From Marsupella aquatica (taxonomy: Eukaryota; Plantae; Marchantiophyta), in contig OZ316893.1 of NCBI GenBank assembly GCA_973895155.1, positions 4,384,490 to 4,448,489 of the forward strand: a stretch of 64,000 nucleotides of DNA. The letters run 5' to 3'. Below, in pieces: positions 1-15,099 of the stretch. A program made the translations under genes and the position numbers. Within the stretch, counting starts at the first letter, position 1; every line of letters begins with the position of its first letter. The notes below the pieces were generated by a model that was not told the DNA's origin, did not search any database, and saw nothing but the letters and a program-made list of their open reading frames with translations.

Positions 1-3000
1 GGTGCAAAACATTTGTTTTTGATGAATGGCCAGGATTGGCTCCCCTTTTCTAGTGTAAACAGATGATGCAACCTTTGGCACAATAAAGTATTACAGTGCT
101 TGATGATTGATGGTTTTGTACTATATATTCTCTAAAAGGCCCTTGTGTTCTTGACCTGGCTCATGGAGACTCTACTTGTCTTCTGTTTATGTAGCCCTTC
201 CTTCTTTTAGCTATTATTTCTAGTTCAAAAAATTGTGTTTTTTCTAATTTGACCTACTTAGTCAATTAGGGGAGACATGAGGAAAACAACAAATGAGAAT
301 GTCCAAATTTACTTACCAAGTCCTAATAAAGTACAACAATGAAGATAAAAGGTCCCCAAGGGAGAAGGAAAAGAAAAGAAAAAGAAAGATAAGAGACAAA
401 GAAGATGTAGAAAATTGTATATTACAGTGGCAAGGGGCAAGAACGCCAAGCTGGGAGACATGGTCCCAATGGCAAAGCAGCGCAACAAGGGGTGGGGGGA
501 GGAAGGGGAAAAGATCCCAAGAAAACCAAAGAAGTCTAACACCCCAAGGAATCCCCTAAAACAACAAAGGAACAAAGACAAAGAACTCACTAATAGTTGA
601 GAAGAGTAACACTCTATTGAACGGAGAACTAAAAAGCCTGGTAAAGTTCCAGAGTAAATCACTTAGGAGAGTCAGGAAATGGAATATATCTAGAGGCCCT
701 ATATATGAAGGAGAGTGAGAGCATGGACCCTTTGAAGTGCAAGAGACCCTGTTTGACAAATGGAGGCAGTGAGGACAGATACAAGGGGGTAAAGCCTCGG
801 CTGGATACAAAAAAGTGTTATCAAGTTGGGAAAAGCAAGCACAAAATGAACCAATTGATAAAGCACAAACAAATGAAACATGGAAAGCTAAATCTGGAAC
901 CAGCTAAAACAGATGCAAATATTTTGTTTGTTTGAGGTATTACTTCTCAGTTTTACATTGTTTTATGGTTATGCGGTCTAACTATTTTTCTTTGTCTTGC
1001 CTCAAACATGAATAGCCATGTTTGGTTCTTCTTGCATAAGTTATTGGTCTTGTTTGTGACCAATAGTGTTGATGAGGCTACATGTGCTTCCAGGGATTTT
1101 GGAAGGAGTTGGGTAAACTAGGGATTGAAAAACTTTGGATGGTTATAGTCATTGATATTAGTATTTTCTGGTAATTTGCTTCAATTTTTCTATTTGAGTG
1201 GCAAACTTTTGAAATAATGAGGGTAGAAAGAAACTCTGCAGTTTCTAGGGTAAAGTAAGAAATCCATTTGGTTACTATGGACAGTCAAATGCCAAGGGAA
1301 TGTAAGAAACCTTTTTGGTTACCATGGGAATGTAAAATACCCTTTGGGTACTTCACATTTTACATGGACTGTATGGAATGTCATATGGGTTGTATGGACA
1401 TCTAGGAATACCAAGGGAATGCTTGGACTGTTACCATGAATACTCTTCTTTTTTGTCCTCTCATCTCCATACTCAAACCTATTCTACTATGCAACTCTTT
1501 ATCTCTCCAACTTGTTCATTAACAGCCAACTTACATAACCAAGGGGTCCTCTAACTAATTGTAAAACTTTAGTTATAAAATTGGAAGGCAAGAAAAATAA
1601 AGCGGACAGAGGAGCGACAATAATCCTATTATTATTTTTGTCCCTAAGAATGACACTTTGGTCCAAAAAGTAATAAAGAAGGTAGGCTAGTCCCATGGCT
1701 TTAGTTGATGTTTGACGAAAGTAAAAGCTTGTAGGCCAGAAGTTTTCAAATGACTTTTCTTTGTCATTATTCAAAATATAAAAAATATATTGTTATTTTC
1801 TTTGGCATTTTGTAAATTGAATATATTTGAGCATCAAAAAGAGAGGGTGAATTTTCATGACAAAGGAATCAAATTTTGGGTTGAGCTTGCGTGATGGGTC
1901 CCCAGTCGGGAGGTAGGGGCAGGACAATTTCTGGCCAAGCAGGGGATAAAAAAATGCAACTTGCATGAAGGGGATCTCATCGGAAGTTCAAGGGATCACA
2001 TTGGTTGAGGGAGGATCAAATCAGCTACGATTAGTGAGCATCAAAGAAGAGTAGGAGATTGAACTGATCAAAGGCGATCACGCCCACCCATTTGATCAAG
2101 ATAGAAATTTACCTGCTTTGACCAAGTATGTTCCATATGACAGGTTGTGTGATTGAGTATTTTTGTAGAATTGTGTTTTGGTTGAGGCGCTATAAATGGC
2201 AAGTCCATCTGACTTGCTCAGAATGTCCAAATCCTATAGTGATGATCAAATTTTCTATTTCCTTAATATGGCTTGCTCTTTGTTTTTTTTTCCTCATTTG
2301 GAATTAGGAAAAACACTTTTTGATTTACTTTAGATATTCAATTTTCACTAGTTCCAATCACCCTTTTATTTTCAAATTTGGATTTTAATTCACCTGTTTT
2401 TGGTAGCAAATAATTTGTGCAGCATGCTATTTTTGTTAAATCTACCAAAATTAGATTTGGCAAGGGTTGAATCCAGGAGCTCCCATTCCCACACTAAAGT
2501 CCCAACAAGTGGACTAGACTTCATGTCTACATATAGTTGCATAATTTTTCAGTATAACTATGATCAAGTTTTACTTTGTAAGTTTTGATTCCAATTAAGA
2601 GTGCACACATGTCACAAAATTATGAGTGTTATTAGAGATATCATGTTGTGTGAGTTTAGAGCTTTCATATGTGTGCTATTTGAGCACTTTTAAGGTTTCT
2701 TTATGTTCGGAGGGATAGTTATCCCTGGTAATGGCTTGGAGGCCTCATCTTTTTTATGTTGAACCTTCAAGCATGAGCTTTGGGCTATAGTGTGGCCGAC
2801 CAGGTTGGTGTGCACATGAACGTCGATTCTTTGAGTGAAAGGTGCATTGGGCTTGACATACATGTGTGATCGGATTGGGTGTGACAAATTGTGTATTGTT
2901 TGGCTGCGATGTTGTTCGATTTACCAAGTCCGATTGTTCCAATTATCCTCAATTGGTAAAACAGTCCACAGAAACTGAACATTGGGCTAGTTACTAGTTA

Positions 3001-6000
3001 CTATCTCAATACTTGTGCGTTGCATTAAAGATCTCATTGCATTAGAGATGACATTGCGTAGAAGATGACATTGCATAAAAGATGTTGTTGTGGAGACGAT
3101 GCCCATGTGCCAAAAAATTGTAAAAATATTCATTGCATTAAACCTCGCATTAAACAGGTCAACCCACAAAGAGGAGTTTTTTAGGGTTTCATTGCTTAAA
3201 ACACATCATTGCATAAATAAACAAAGTTATAAAAAAGACATTGTTGCATAAAACATGCTACAACTTAAAGTTGTGAAAGTCAAAGTGGTGGACCTAGCCA
3301 CCCAATGCCTTCACCAAACCAACTACTCTTGCCTAAGTACCCGTGGTGCCCAAATGCCTAGTACACGGAACTTCACACACAAGCAACTTGATGTCTGTAT
3401 CACTGACATTTGACAACGTACTCCCATATGAAGTCGCACTTGCTCCTTGGCATGATCTCCCTCAATGGTCTCTATTGTCTGCACAAGCAACCAAACCCAT
3501 CGGTAAGTGACTCATCATGATCTCGGATCCCAAGACCATTGTCGTGCCTCAAGCTTAATAGCTCCGTTAGTAAATAAGTCAGCAAATAGAACCTCTCAGG
3601 TCTGGATGGCCTTGCCATAATCTGAAACTAAGGCAGACACCCACTGTTCATCCTCGTGTTTGTCCAGAATAGCCCCTTTACCGATTGCTGTTAGTGCTAC
3701 CCCACTTTCTATCCATCATTGCCTGATCACCCTGCCTCCAAGACATGCTCATGGCCCAAATAGTTGGCTTACAGTGCCAATGAAAGCTTGTCCCAAATGT
3801 CGGGACCAGTTCAGCCCCAACTCTAGCAACCAAGTCTATGGCTCCAACTCAACTAAGAGTCTAGGAGAAAAATGCACTTGGACGCCAACACTCATGCCTA
3901 CTCTGCATTGCCTCCCCAATGCAAGCTCCCATGGGAAATTGAATGCGGCTTGGCTGCTATTTGGGCAGATTGGCAAGCAGACGAGATAGCCCTTGCAAAC
4001 CTCAAGGGGACCAAAGGCAACCCCATACCTAGATGAGCTCAAGAGGAAGTAGTTCTCCTTGAGAGCTTTTCAAAGCACCCAAGAAGTCCTCCAACAGACT
4101 TCTCATTGAACAGTTATCATTGTACGTTTTCGTTTGACATTTCCCCTTAGCAGCCTGACCGCTGCCCTTCACGACTTGGGCTCGCCCTTGGCCCATTGGG
4201 ACATGCCACTCCCCTCATATTTGCTTCTGATGACTTGTCACCCTAGACCAACTTTGGTCCCATATATTTGGCCCTTAACCTGGACTCCAACCAAATCAAT
4301 ATGACACACAACATACTTGCTATGCCCATAACTTTCTAGTTAGATGTCCGTAGGTGAAGCGCCTTAGTCCGTTGTGATTGGGCCAAGATGGTGCTCATGC
4401 CCAGGTCCTCAGAACTCAAAGTCAGTTGGGATCCCGAACGGTTACAGAGTCGTGCCATATCTCATGCACCAAGCATCTAAGTATTCTGCAGGAACTGAAC
4501 TTCTTTGGCCTCCCAAGAGGAGCTCTCACTCATGCCCTCAAAACTCAGAGTCTGTCCGGGGGTCCAGACGGTCCCCCCTAAGCTTGGCCCTTCCCATGAC
4601 CTGACCACCTCCCAACGCTAGTCTAAGTCCTTTGTGTGCGCCACCAGCTTGGGCCCTGGGCTCAGGCATTGCCTTTGCTAGTGCAACGCTTCATTGCCCA
4701 CAAGTCTCTCCATACTTAGTCCCCACCGGATGGCCATGTCCAGAGGCCTGGACCATAGAGGAGCACAACATCGGCGCCAAAAAAACAGACTTGGACATAG
4801 AGCCAGGATTGGCTCCTGCTCTTTCTCATTGTGTAGATGGACAAAAGATAGGGTATTATAGTGTTTGATGATAAAAATTAGGGGTAGGTCATTGAACCCC
4901 AATAGATCACATACTCAGTTTAGTCAAGGATAGTTATTTTGTCCAGTGTTGGGTTTGTATGGATGACTTGGGGCTTTCCAAGCGGAAAATGCATATTCAA
5001 ACTAGTAGTGATGCAAAAATTGGTTCAAGTTTGACATCTAAGGATTGGGTGGACAGTTGATAAACCAGATGTCAAATTTTTGCTAGTTAAAACAGGAATA
5101 CTTCCAAATATGTGGCATTTCAATGTTGAAGGAATATAAATATCATTGTGCTTGCCTTGGAAATTTTGGGGTAGAAATTTGAGATTGCTGGTGGGCAAAA
5201 TCTTCTGGAAGCCATAACAATATTTTGCTCTATTCTTGGCAGGTATTAAATTATGACGCCTCCTGTTGGGGTGCTCTCTTATACTAGAGATCCCTATAAT
5301 TTAAGTCCATGTGAAAGGACAGAATGATATTGTCTAGTATACAGGCCAACTAGTTCTTGCCTGCGCATCCACCTAAAAGGGTTGAATCCTCTTAACTGGG
5401 TTGTATGGCACCTTTCCTTGTAATGTTGCTCCCTCTCCTACTCATGTCCTATTAAGAGGCATGCATATTTGCCCAAAACCTGTATGATTTGATTGTGCAT
5501 GTTTATGTTCTCTTGTAGGATCTTGTGGGGGCTCTTGCGGTACGACCTTATACCTCGGTGTCTATCATCAAACCTTCTTTACACAGGTTGTCTGTTGCAT
5601 TATAGAGGGCCCATGCATTCATTATTTTTAGTAGCCAGGGGTGAAGCAATTGGTTTTAGGGCCTCTGGTCAAACTCCCTTGCTCAACCCGGGGCCCGCCC
5701 AAAGCTCAACCCTCCCATGCAGTTCACCCAAGAGCTCTACCAGGCTCTTATGTTTGCCAATACATAGGTTTTGAGTTTTTTGTTCTAAGTTGCTTTTGTG
5801 GTAGACTTGTGTGAGAGCTTCAAACCAAACTCATCTCAACTTCATGATAGTAGATGCAACCGTACATGACTAAACAGTCAACTCAACTCAACTCAAATCT
5901 TTCTATTCTAAAGCAGGGGAAGCAAAACTATCTTTGTACCAATTAGTAGCATGAAGCCTCTATGATGCCTCTGGGGTTGAGGGAAAGGAAAAGGTAGGGG

Positions 6001-9000
6001 TGAGTCACTATGCGAGTCTGTGGGGCTGGTGAGTCATTCCAAGAGTAAGAGGCCAAAGTAATAGCAATCAGGCTAGTGATGGGTGTGTACTAACTGAACA
6101 AAAGTGAAAAGTATTGACATGTATGCTTTACTAAACTTTTCAGTTTACTGCTCAGTAGAACTTTAGTTTTTCTGCTGTTGTGGGGGACTCTCTTCTTTAC
6201 GGCTCTTTGGTCTACTTTGCAAAGTTTCCCCCTTGTTCACCCCCCCTCCCCCTTTTGGGTCTCTTCATTAGGCTCAAGTTTTCCATAAATGAACTCGGTG
6301 AGAGGCCCAATGAGACTGTCATTTAGGTGGAGTACATGTATTGTGGTAAATAGAACAGTGAGGCAGATTCATTGTTAGAAGTACACAAGACTTAAAAATT
6401 CTATGCATATGCTTTTTAATTCTGCCTCATGAAATCAAGATTGCCCAGTGACTTAGAAATTGGCATATGGAGAACCCCATTCGGCTGTTTGGCCTTGTCA
6501 TCTAGCTTTGAGTAAAACAGTCAATGCAAGCCATCATGACCTACCCTGTAAATTCACTCACAACTGACCCTGGAAACTTGCCCTTAGTTGAGGGATTTAT
6601 GGAAATTTGTTTTTTACTAAGTTACCCCCCTAAACTCACATTCAACCTTCTTAAGCTGCCCCCAAAAGTAATTTAGTTAGTAAAGTTCCCCCATGGATTA
6701 GTCTTAGCCACACATTGTAACTATTTGAGTCATTTATGGCATCCGATACCCTCCATGGGGCCAATACAGTGACGAAATTAGTTTACAGTAGACGTAACTT
6801 AGTGCTTTCGTTCGATTGTGGGCGTAACAGAGTGAAATAAAATATGGTTACGGAATGCTCTACTAGAGAAAGGCCCAATTATTAAAGAGCGAGACAAATA
6901 TTCTTGGCAGCGTGTACAATTTCGTGCGTCCCACCGAACCTTTGTCCGTGCGACAGCGCTCCATCGCCGAAGCTACAGTACAGCGCTGAGGCGACCTCGC
7001 AAGAAAGCAGCGCGTCTGAGGCGCGAAAGGAAGTCCTATTTACGCTAACTCGCGAAGTTCAGTTTTCGAGGCAGCCAACACAGACGAAGAAGGAGAAGAA
7101 TTGAAGCAACATGGACAGGACTCGAGGAGTACCGTAAATTTAAGCAAGATGTACAGTTCTGAGCACTTGCTTGCGAGATTCAATTTTCAAGGCAGGCTAA
7201 GAGGAAGAAGAAGAAGCGAAGGATAAAGGGCACGCCTGGATGTGGAAGCAACAGGTACAGTACTGAGCACTCCGGTGACAGTCAGCTCGCGCTAAGAGCA
7301 CACTTCTCGGAAGTAGCATATAGCGTGCACTTAACTAGGGTTTGCAGTACATCATAAGTGCAAAAGCTTGGAATTTACATTGCTTGATAAAAGTGGGTGG
7401 TTTAGTATCTCTTTGTATAAAAAGTGCAATTATCAAGGTATCACAAGGGGAGGGATGTTACTAGTTGCCAGTGTGTGTTTGTCATGCCAAGGGACATACA
7501 GAGTTTTACACCTCCAATAAGTACATATCATCTCATTTGTTTTTTCCTTGGCACTTGTAAATGTAATGGAATTTTTTCTATTCATGTTGGTTAGCGGCTT
7601 GTACATATGCATTGCTGGTGATTTGCATGTTTTCGATACATTATAGCTACCATACTAGATGTCATGACATGTTGACGAAGGCAAATCAAGCTCCATGAAA
7701 TCAAACGACAGCAATACGGACTCAAACATGTTATGTAGGCATTTTAGGGGCTATAGAGTACCCATGATGATGAGTCATGAGCTATAGTGCCTTGACTTGC
7801 AATGGGCCCTTTGTCAGTCAACAATGTCATAACTTCCTTCGTCAATACTACACCCTTGCCCTATACTCAATCCCCTGTCTCAAAAAGAGCAACTTTTACT
7901 TTTCCTAAAAATGAAATGCACTTATCAGTACATGCAAGTAAAATGAATTGGGCTGTTCATAACCCTTATAGAGGGTTTTCACTCATATATTTGTCATTTA
8001 GTGCAGCGCTCTTTGCACTTACGAAAATTACTAAAAAAATGCAGAGTGGTAAAAGGACGAAGAAGAGAAGAACGATATCCCATACAAACTAGCGAGGGCC
8101 TGCACTTAGCTGGAGGAGGAAGCAAAGAGGTACAGTACTGAACACTCCGTAATAATCATCAATAACCACACCGGCGTGTAGAGTACCCCCACTCCGGGTC
8201 CTGGGGCGGGCGGCCACCGCAAAATAAAGCAAATGTGAAGACTTCCCCTTCCCCACGTTTCTTGGTGTTCGTTCTCCCTCTCCCAACTGCGGTGGGGGGA
8301 ACGAGCGACCTAACTTTAGGGGGGAAGTTAGTTTAGCAGCAAGGCACCCCCTCTAGTACAGTGCAATGCTTCTCTGTCTTGCGGAGGGCGTAATCCGCGA
8401 CGCGATCAGATCCGAACCGCATAATTATCCAGTCACCACGTTTGTCGGTGTCATGAGTGGGGAACAGCGGCGCTAAGTGTAGAGGGAGCCAGTTTAGCGA
8501 AGGACATGGTAGGGAGAGAGTCTTGGTAAACTGGACGACTAATTTGGTGGCGAAGCTGAGCAGTGGGGTTACACTGGAGGGCGGTGGACGAGACGAGAGG
8601 GAGGGAAGGGATTTGTTGTGCCTTGTACAGCGGTCTACGAAACCGTTGCTTGAGTTGTAAGAAGGAATGGCGGGCTGCTGGTGGACCGAGACTGGTGGAA
8701 GCAATTCTTGTTGTACTGTGCTGTACTCTAGCGATGAGTGTTTTCTGGCGAGGGAGGAGGGAGACGACTCCGTGAGTTAGATGAGGCGAGAAGAGACGAG
8801 GCGAGTCGACAAGAGAACAAGCACATGGTGAGCTTGAGTTGAGCTGGAGTTGAGCTGAGCGGAGAAACGCGACGAAAGAGGAGATGAAATGAGATGTGGG
8901 AAGGGATGCACGAGTATTGACCATAGCGGAAGTCAAGGTGGGCGCACACTGCTGTGAAGGGTTGTCTGTAGACAGAAGAAGCTTCGGGTGTCGCTGACTG

Positions 9001-9653
9001 ATTGATCGCTGATGATGATTATGCCTGCCTGACCGCTTCCTTCCTTCCTTCCTACGTCGTCGTGGGGAGCAGCAGGAAGTTGATGCTCTGGTTCGGTTGG
9101 CTGAGCTCTTGGCTACAGTACTGAAGTAAAACGGAGTTTTGTACGAGATTCTGGTGGATCGGTCGATTGAGTGAGGCGTAGGTTCTGTTTGTGGGGCGGA
9201 TTCGGTCGTGCCAAGCTACAGCAGATGGTTCACCTCGATCAAATGTATCCTCGCCAGCGAACGAGAGATTGAGAGGTGTGTTAAGGGACTCTTGCCGCGT
9301 TGCTAGCCAGCTAGCCCCACTTCATCGGCCTGTGGCCCAGTCAGACCTACAAGCCCAGAGAGAGAGAAAGAAACAGGAAAGTTATATGTGCAATCCAGTG
9401 TTCCAAACCTTGATCGCTCAACGTAGGGTCAGCCTATTCCCTCCACACATCCGTTCTAACCAAATATCGGGCTCCCACAATCTCTGCGCTCGGCCCGGAA
9501 CCCCCGAGCCTCGGTTCCACCCGCATCCACGAGCATCGAAGCAAGAAGCGAGGCAGATAGACTATCCTTTGCCTTGAATGATTTGCCAGACTGATGAGTG
9601 TGGGAGAGTGAGGTGAGAGAGGTGGAGAGTTTCTCGAAGACAGGAGGGACCAC

Positions 9654-9692
9654 GAAGAAGAAGAAGAAGAAGAAGAAGAAGAAGAAGAAGAA
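9654..9692 (+). repeat. (GAA)13 microsatellite, probably in the 5' leader of the F-box/MYND gene
   Basis: Perfect GAA run read directly, about 1.7 kb upstream of the F-box ATG. Confidence 0.9.
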
Positions 9693-11386
9693 GGGGTCGC
9701 GGTGGAAGGCAAGAGGAAGCAGCTGAGAGGAAGAATCGAACGAAGGGCCGAATTAGGCATCTGGTAGTTTGAAGCGATTGTTGTTTTAATGACTTCAGTG
9801 GTGCAGCTTGGGGAGGGGTGGGGTTGGAGTATTTTCGCTGTTTTGCTGCTGCCAACTGCAATTCTGTTCAACAGCGAGGCAAGTTGAGGTGAGGCAGGGC
9901 GACGGGTTGTTGCAGTATCTATCTCCTGCAGCGGAAATTGACTGGTCTCGTGCTGTCGAAGTTATTGGAGGAGAGCAATTGATTGGTTCGGAGTGCTTCT
10001 ATGTGGCCTGCTGTCGAAGGTGGCGAGGTTGAGTGTGTGGCTTGGATATTGTGGAAGGTTAATCCGACGGGGTGCTGTTTGATACTCGTAGTCTAATACG
10101 TTTGGAGGCCTGCTTCGTTGTTGTTATCGATGGGTTACGGTGGTACTTGTTGAGCCTGTTGTGGTCTTTCGATTTGACCTCATTTGCTGCCGCAGTGCCA
10201 GGCAGAGGAAGAGAGAGAGAGAGAGACATTCTGTCCGGTACGGTTGGTCTTTTGGCGAATTCGGTGCGCATCGTTGTCGAGCTCGATATCTGGCAAGGAA
10301 AGCTGAGAACGGAGTGATTGTTTAGTATAAGAGGGCGACGGCTTGCTTTACACTCGCCGCCATCTGCTGCTGTTTCACTTGATCGCGATCCAGTCAAGTT
10401 ACTTTCGCCAATATTGGTGGCCTTTTTTGCATTTCCAGTCGTATCGCTAGCGGAAGTTGGTGGCGGTGAAGACAGGGCGACTTCATTATCCGATTTACCG
10501 ATCGAGGGTGTTCCTGATTTCGATAAGATTACTATCGTGCTCAAGGCTATGTGTGCACTTCAGAAGGTTCTCTCAGCTACTTTGGCCCGGCATCATGCTG
10601 TTTCGAGTTGTTGCGGTTGAGTCGTGATGCTTAGGGAGATATCGGAGAAGCTTTGATTATTGCGTCCAGTGTTCCCTAGCTGATTGTTTTGGGTCGTCTT
10701 GGTTTTCCAATCCGGTTGTGCTTCACTTGTTTGACCTCGAAGTTCATGCTGACGAGTGGGCAACGTAAGTCGTTTAGTTTAGCTTCGATCATTTGCACTC
10801 GGGATCCGTGTCCTTTTCAACTTTTTGAAGAATTGCTTCAGTCGGTGGGATTGAATCATTGTGGTGGAGTGAAACCTGATAGTGATCCATGCAGACTTCT
10901 GATGTGAGTTGTTTGGAAATTGCAGGGGATACCGAGAAGAAAGGGCCTAGTTGCACCAGCAAAGATGAAAATTTGGATGTGGGCGCCGTTTGGAGAAGTA
11001 GTCTCAGTTAGTGTTTACAGGATCAGTGGAATCGCTGTTGTTGTTGGCGACAAGGAGCCGAGCGACTTCTTTTTGTCGGTACTCTAAGTTTTGAAAAACG
11101 TAATAGAACAGGACAATCTGTCAACATGGGTGCAGCTCCTGGAATGTGCTACAAGGTTGGTCTCAAATCCTGGGACGATGGCATGCTGGAGGAGCATCGA
11201 CACAAGGGATGGTCTCTGTAAACATCCAATTTTTGGCAGATACAGGTGCCTTGTGGTAAGGTGCCGGCTAGGGAACTCCATAGACGGATCAACTGGCGCA
11301 GATTTAGAATTATTGAATACCACAGATAATGACGAAATATACCAACTAGTAGCATGTATATGGTTTCTGGAACCCCGGCTTCAACT

Positions 11387-14300
11387 ATGAGAACTAGAAG
11401 AGAGAGCTATCCATCCCCTTCCGATGGAATTACATATACAATCCGGCCTCAGCAGAAAAAGAGGCGGCTTGAGGGAGGAGAGGGTTGTGGAAGACCCTGG
11501 AAGCTTACTTTTCCGAGTACAAAAAGGCTCAGTTGCAGTGGATTCGACAACCTCCCCGAAGACCTGCTCATTATTGTTCTCTCGTCCCTGAGTTCCACCG
11601 CTTCCACTCCTGCTGACCTCGTCAACGCCATGCTAGTGTACGTTCCTTGTGACTCGTTCTGTAAAGCCTGTCTCGCTCCTTCAATGCCTTTTTGCCACCT
11701 TACTGCCTTTTCGTATGGCTTATCACCATTTGTGCTCGTTTTCATTCTGTGGTTCATGTCAAACTTGCCATCATTCGTCCTCGTCGCTTGTGCCGAAGTT
11801 ACCTTGTGTAGCCGCTCTTCGTCCCACTTCTGGACAGTCTCTTGCTAAAGCTTTTGATTCAATGCTTGGATTCTCATCCGATCTTATCTAAACAGCGTCT
11901 TTTGCTGGAGTTTCGAGTTTTGCGTGATGTCTCGTCTGCCACTTCTGCAACCCTCTGTGTCCCATGTGGGTTCTTGAACTCACAAGCTCGAATCTCTCCC
12001 TTTGCTGCGGGAGCAGCGGACTGCGAAGTCTGTTCAGTCTACTTCTTTCTATCGGTCCTGTTCCTTGTGGATCCTGTTGTCTAATTTGTATTCAAAATAC
12101 TGTTTCGTCATATTGTCGTTGAGTAGGTCAATTGTTACTGCGAAGTCCCTACGCACTAAGCCTATTTCGGAGGGTTGCACATTTCTACACTCGTCACTCG
12201 GGAGCACCCGGTCCTGCACGGCAATTTCTGAAGCTGCTTTGCTCTTTAACATGTCTGATGAATGTGAGCTGGCGCTAGGTTGGGCTCTCCTCGAAACGAC
12301 GAGGTGTGGCATGATTTGAGCGTCATTGCGCAATCTTCTCATGAATTTTATTGACTTCAAATGCTAGCTTGAAGCCGTGTACAGTCGGTTGATCCGCTTT
12401 GTTCGTTGTCTTACAACGGAAGATGCAGAGTTTGTTAGGAAAGATTGCCGGCCTGACTGTCCGTTTTGGGGTTCGTCTGAGTTCCTCGAGTGTGTGATTA
12501 AGCCAAAGGTTCTTCTATTGGTTCCTCGCGAACGAGTTATCCGTAACAGTCTGCTCAATCGGCTGGGTCCCGGATGTTGACTGCTGCCACAATTGTGTTG
12601 CACAACTGGTGAGATTGACTTGAGGGACTTCCCAACCTGGCTGAGTTGCATGAAGAGTTTATGAGCTTCTCAATGAGCTGGGCTGCGCTGGAGAAGTTGG
12701 AGATCCAGCTCACGGACCCGGTTTTTTCTCTTAGTGTTTTCTACCTGCCATCTTCCAGGGACTTATACTTGAACCGGAGGTTCGACCGTTTCGTTGTTGC
12801 TACCTCCTTGGTTTTTAGATTCGGCCTCTTCGGCATATGAAGTAGACTTGTGAACAGAGCCGGACTTTACTCCCTTTCCTCTACTTCAGCTGGGACCTAC
12901 CTGTTGATTTGTTCTCCACAATGGCTGGAGATGTGACTTGACTTTAAGAGCATTGCAATACCTGTGATGAGCAGATTCTCCCCGTACTAGAAGGCAAGTG
13001 AGCAATGAAAAGATTGACACAGTTGAATCAGGTCTTTTCGTCAAGAAGGTTCAAGCTGAGTTGCTTTAAAACGACGAATGCGAGAGAGGTGAAGTACATG
13101 GAGTCGATTGCTGTCCTCCCATGTCTTCTATGCTGATCATAGCGTGTGCTATGGATATGTGCCAAAGAGTATTAAAGCTCTCGCGCCACCAAGGCAGTTC
13201 TGGCCATTGCCGCATGTTCTCTCCATGCATACCTTTTTGCCTTGAACTGTCATTGTGAGTTGATTGTTCATTCAGACTGGCTAGACTCGTGATCAAGGAT
13301 CGAATTTGTTTAATGGTTACAACTTTTCAAAATGAGTCGTCTGCCTGATTGAAGTTGCCACACTTTTTGAACGAAGTAGCAAGTTTGCTTTTGATGAAAA
13401 CGTTCATAATTTCTTGGCCAAAATGGATATTTCCAAGTCTTTCTACTAAAGGTTGAGATTCTTTTATGTGTGTATCATATCATAATTTCATAGCCAACTT
13501 GGAAAGGAGATCTGTTTTAGTTGAACGAAGCTTTGATTCTCTTTGTTGCCATCCAATCTTCTCGCTGAGAAATTTTGGCTGTGTTTAAAGCGCTTGACTT
13601 CGGTGGCCCCACCCCTTCCTCTGCTTTCTGGGTTTTCCTACGAAAGAAGCTCTTTCCAAGCTTGGTCGACAAGTTGACAGACATGAGACATGCATATGGG
13701 ATCATACACTGTCAGACATCTTCTTGCCGCAAAATTGTTTTCCCTTCCTTTGCTATAGTTCTGCGTTTAGATTTGATACAAGTTTTGTGGCGGTGACCGA
13801 GGAAGTTTGGTAGTAGTGCCCGTCTTCACGTTAGAAATGTCTGTTTTGGAATTGGGTATCTGCAGTAATCGGAGGTTTTGTGCAACGGCAACGCACCCCA
13901 GAGTTTTGGAGAATGCGTCCCCTGCCGCATTGGCTGTGACAGCAGCGAGCTGGTCAGACGGTGCACACCGATTTTTGAGGCAGTGTGCGGATGCTAAAAA
14001 CATTGAAGCTTGCTACACCCTCGGCATGGTGAGTTGCACACAGCATGGATCAAAGGTGAATCTATGGGTCATGCATTTGAAAATCATTGGGTTGAGGCAA
14101 CTTCACAAAGTGGAGAGATAATAGCCCACCAAGTCGTGTGAGAGACGAGAACTCCTTCGGATTGACTCCCAGCCAGTGAGTGCTGTAATTGTAAACGTTC
14201 AAAGATCGATAATTGGAAGTTTTCCTTGTTTGTCTGTACAGATTCGCTTCTATTGCCTGGGGAATAGAGCAGGGGGTGCTTCCCTGATGGCAAAAGCGGC

Positions 14301-15099
14301 TATGCAGTCGCACGCTGCTGCCCTGCACTCTCTTGCCGTGATCCAATTCAATGGCAGTGGTGGAACACGCAAAGACAAAGACCTCAAAGCTGGTGTGGCT
14401 CTTTGCGTAAGAGCTGCCACCCTTGGCCACGTGGATGCTATGAGGGAACTTGGACACTGCTTGCAGGATGGTTATGGAGTCGGACGAAATGTGTACGAAG
14501 GGCGGCGGCTTCTGCTTGAAGCGAATGCCAGAGAAGCAGCAGGTGCTGTTGCGGCTGCCACAGCTCGAATCTGTACGGAGACGGGAGTCAATCTTGCTTC
14601 CGGTACCTCAGTTATGACTTGTCGACAGGGGATGCATCGTTCTACGGTCCCTGTAAACAACAGCAGGACAGGGTCGCTGCCAAAGACTATTGGAGATGAA
14701 GCTGGACCCCGCACTGTTGACAGTGTCCCAGTAAATGGTCAGATGTACAAAGTTCTCCCGGGATGCTCACTCCTCAGTGATTTTGGATGTACAGTTTCTC
14801 CTTCAAAACTCCACATTGCCAACAAATTCCTGGTCGATTGGTTTGATTCTCACCCCCCAGCCTCCGGATTGCGCCTTTGCTCCCATGGTAATTGTGGGCG
14901 TCCTGAAACCAGGCTCCATGAATTTAGACGCTGTTCTGCTTGTGGGTGCGTGAACTACTGCTCCCGGGCCTGCCAAGCTTTGGACTGGAAGATCCGTCAC
15001 AAGTACGACTGCCAACCTGTCCACGACTGGGAGGATCGTCAGGATAATGACGCCGAAGAGGACGATCAAATGGCGTTCGAGGACGACCATGAATCTTGA
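11387..15099 (+). CDS. F-box protein with SEL1-like repeats and C-terminal MYND zinc finger (At1g67340/At5g50450-like family), 3 coding exons
   Basis: Exon 11387(or 11354)-11637: MRTRR...FDNLPEDLLIIVLSSL...NAMLV (F-box). Exon 13866-14028: NRRFC...WSDGAHRFLRQCADAKNIEACYTLGM. Exon 14242-15099: IRFYCL...HSLAVIQFNGSGG...RELGHCLQDGYGV...CSHGNCGRPETRLHEFRRCSACGCVNYCSRACQALDWKIRHKYDC. GT-AG junctions keep the frame. Confidence 0.93.

Noticed and set aside
1-9000. Possible TE remnants (retroelement-like 2.6-4.9 kb; weak MULE-like ends near 6.6 and 8.35 kb)
   Set aside because: No diagnostic protein motif, convincing TIR pair or TSD could be read by eye; needs a repeat-library search.
8333-10907. Numerous 60-160 aa ORFs upstream of the F-box gene
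   Set aside because: Low-complexity GA-rich promoter, 5'-UTR and intron sequence with no domain signatures.
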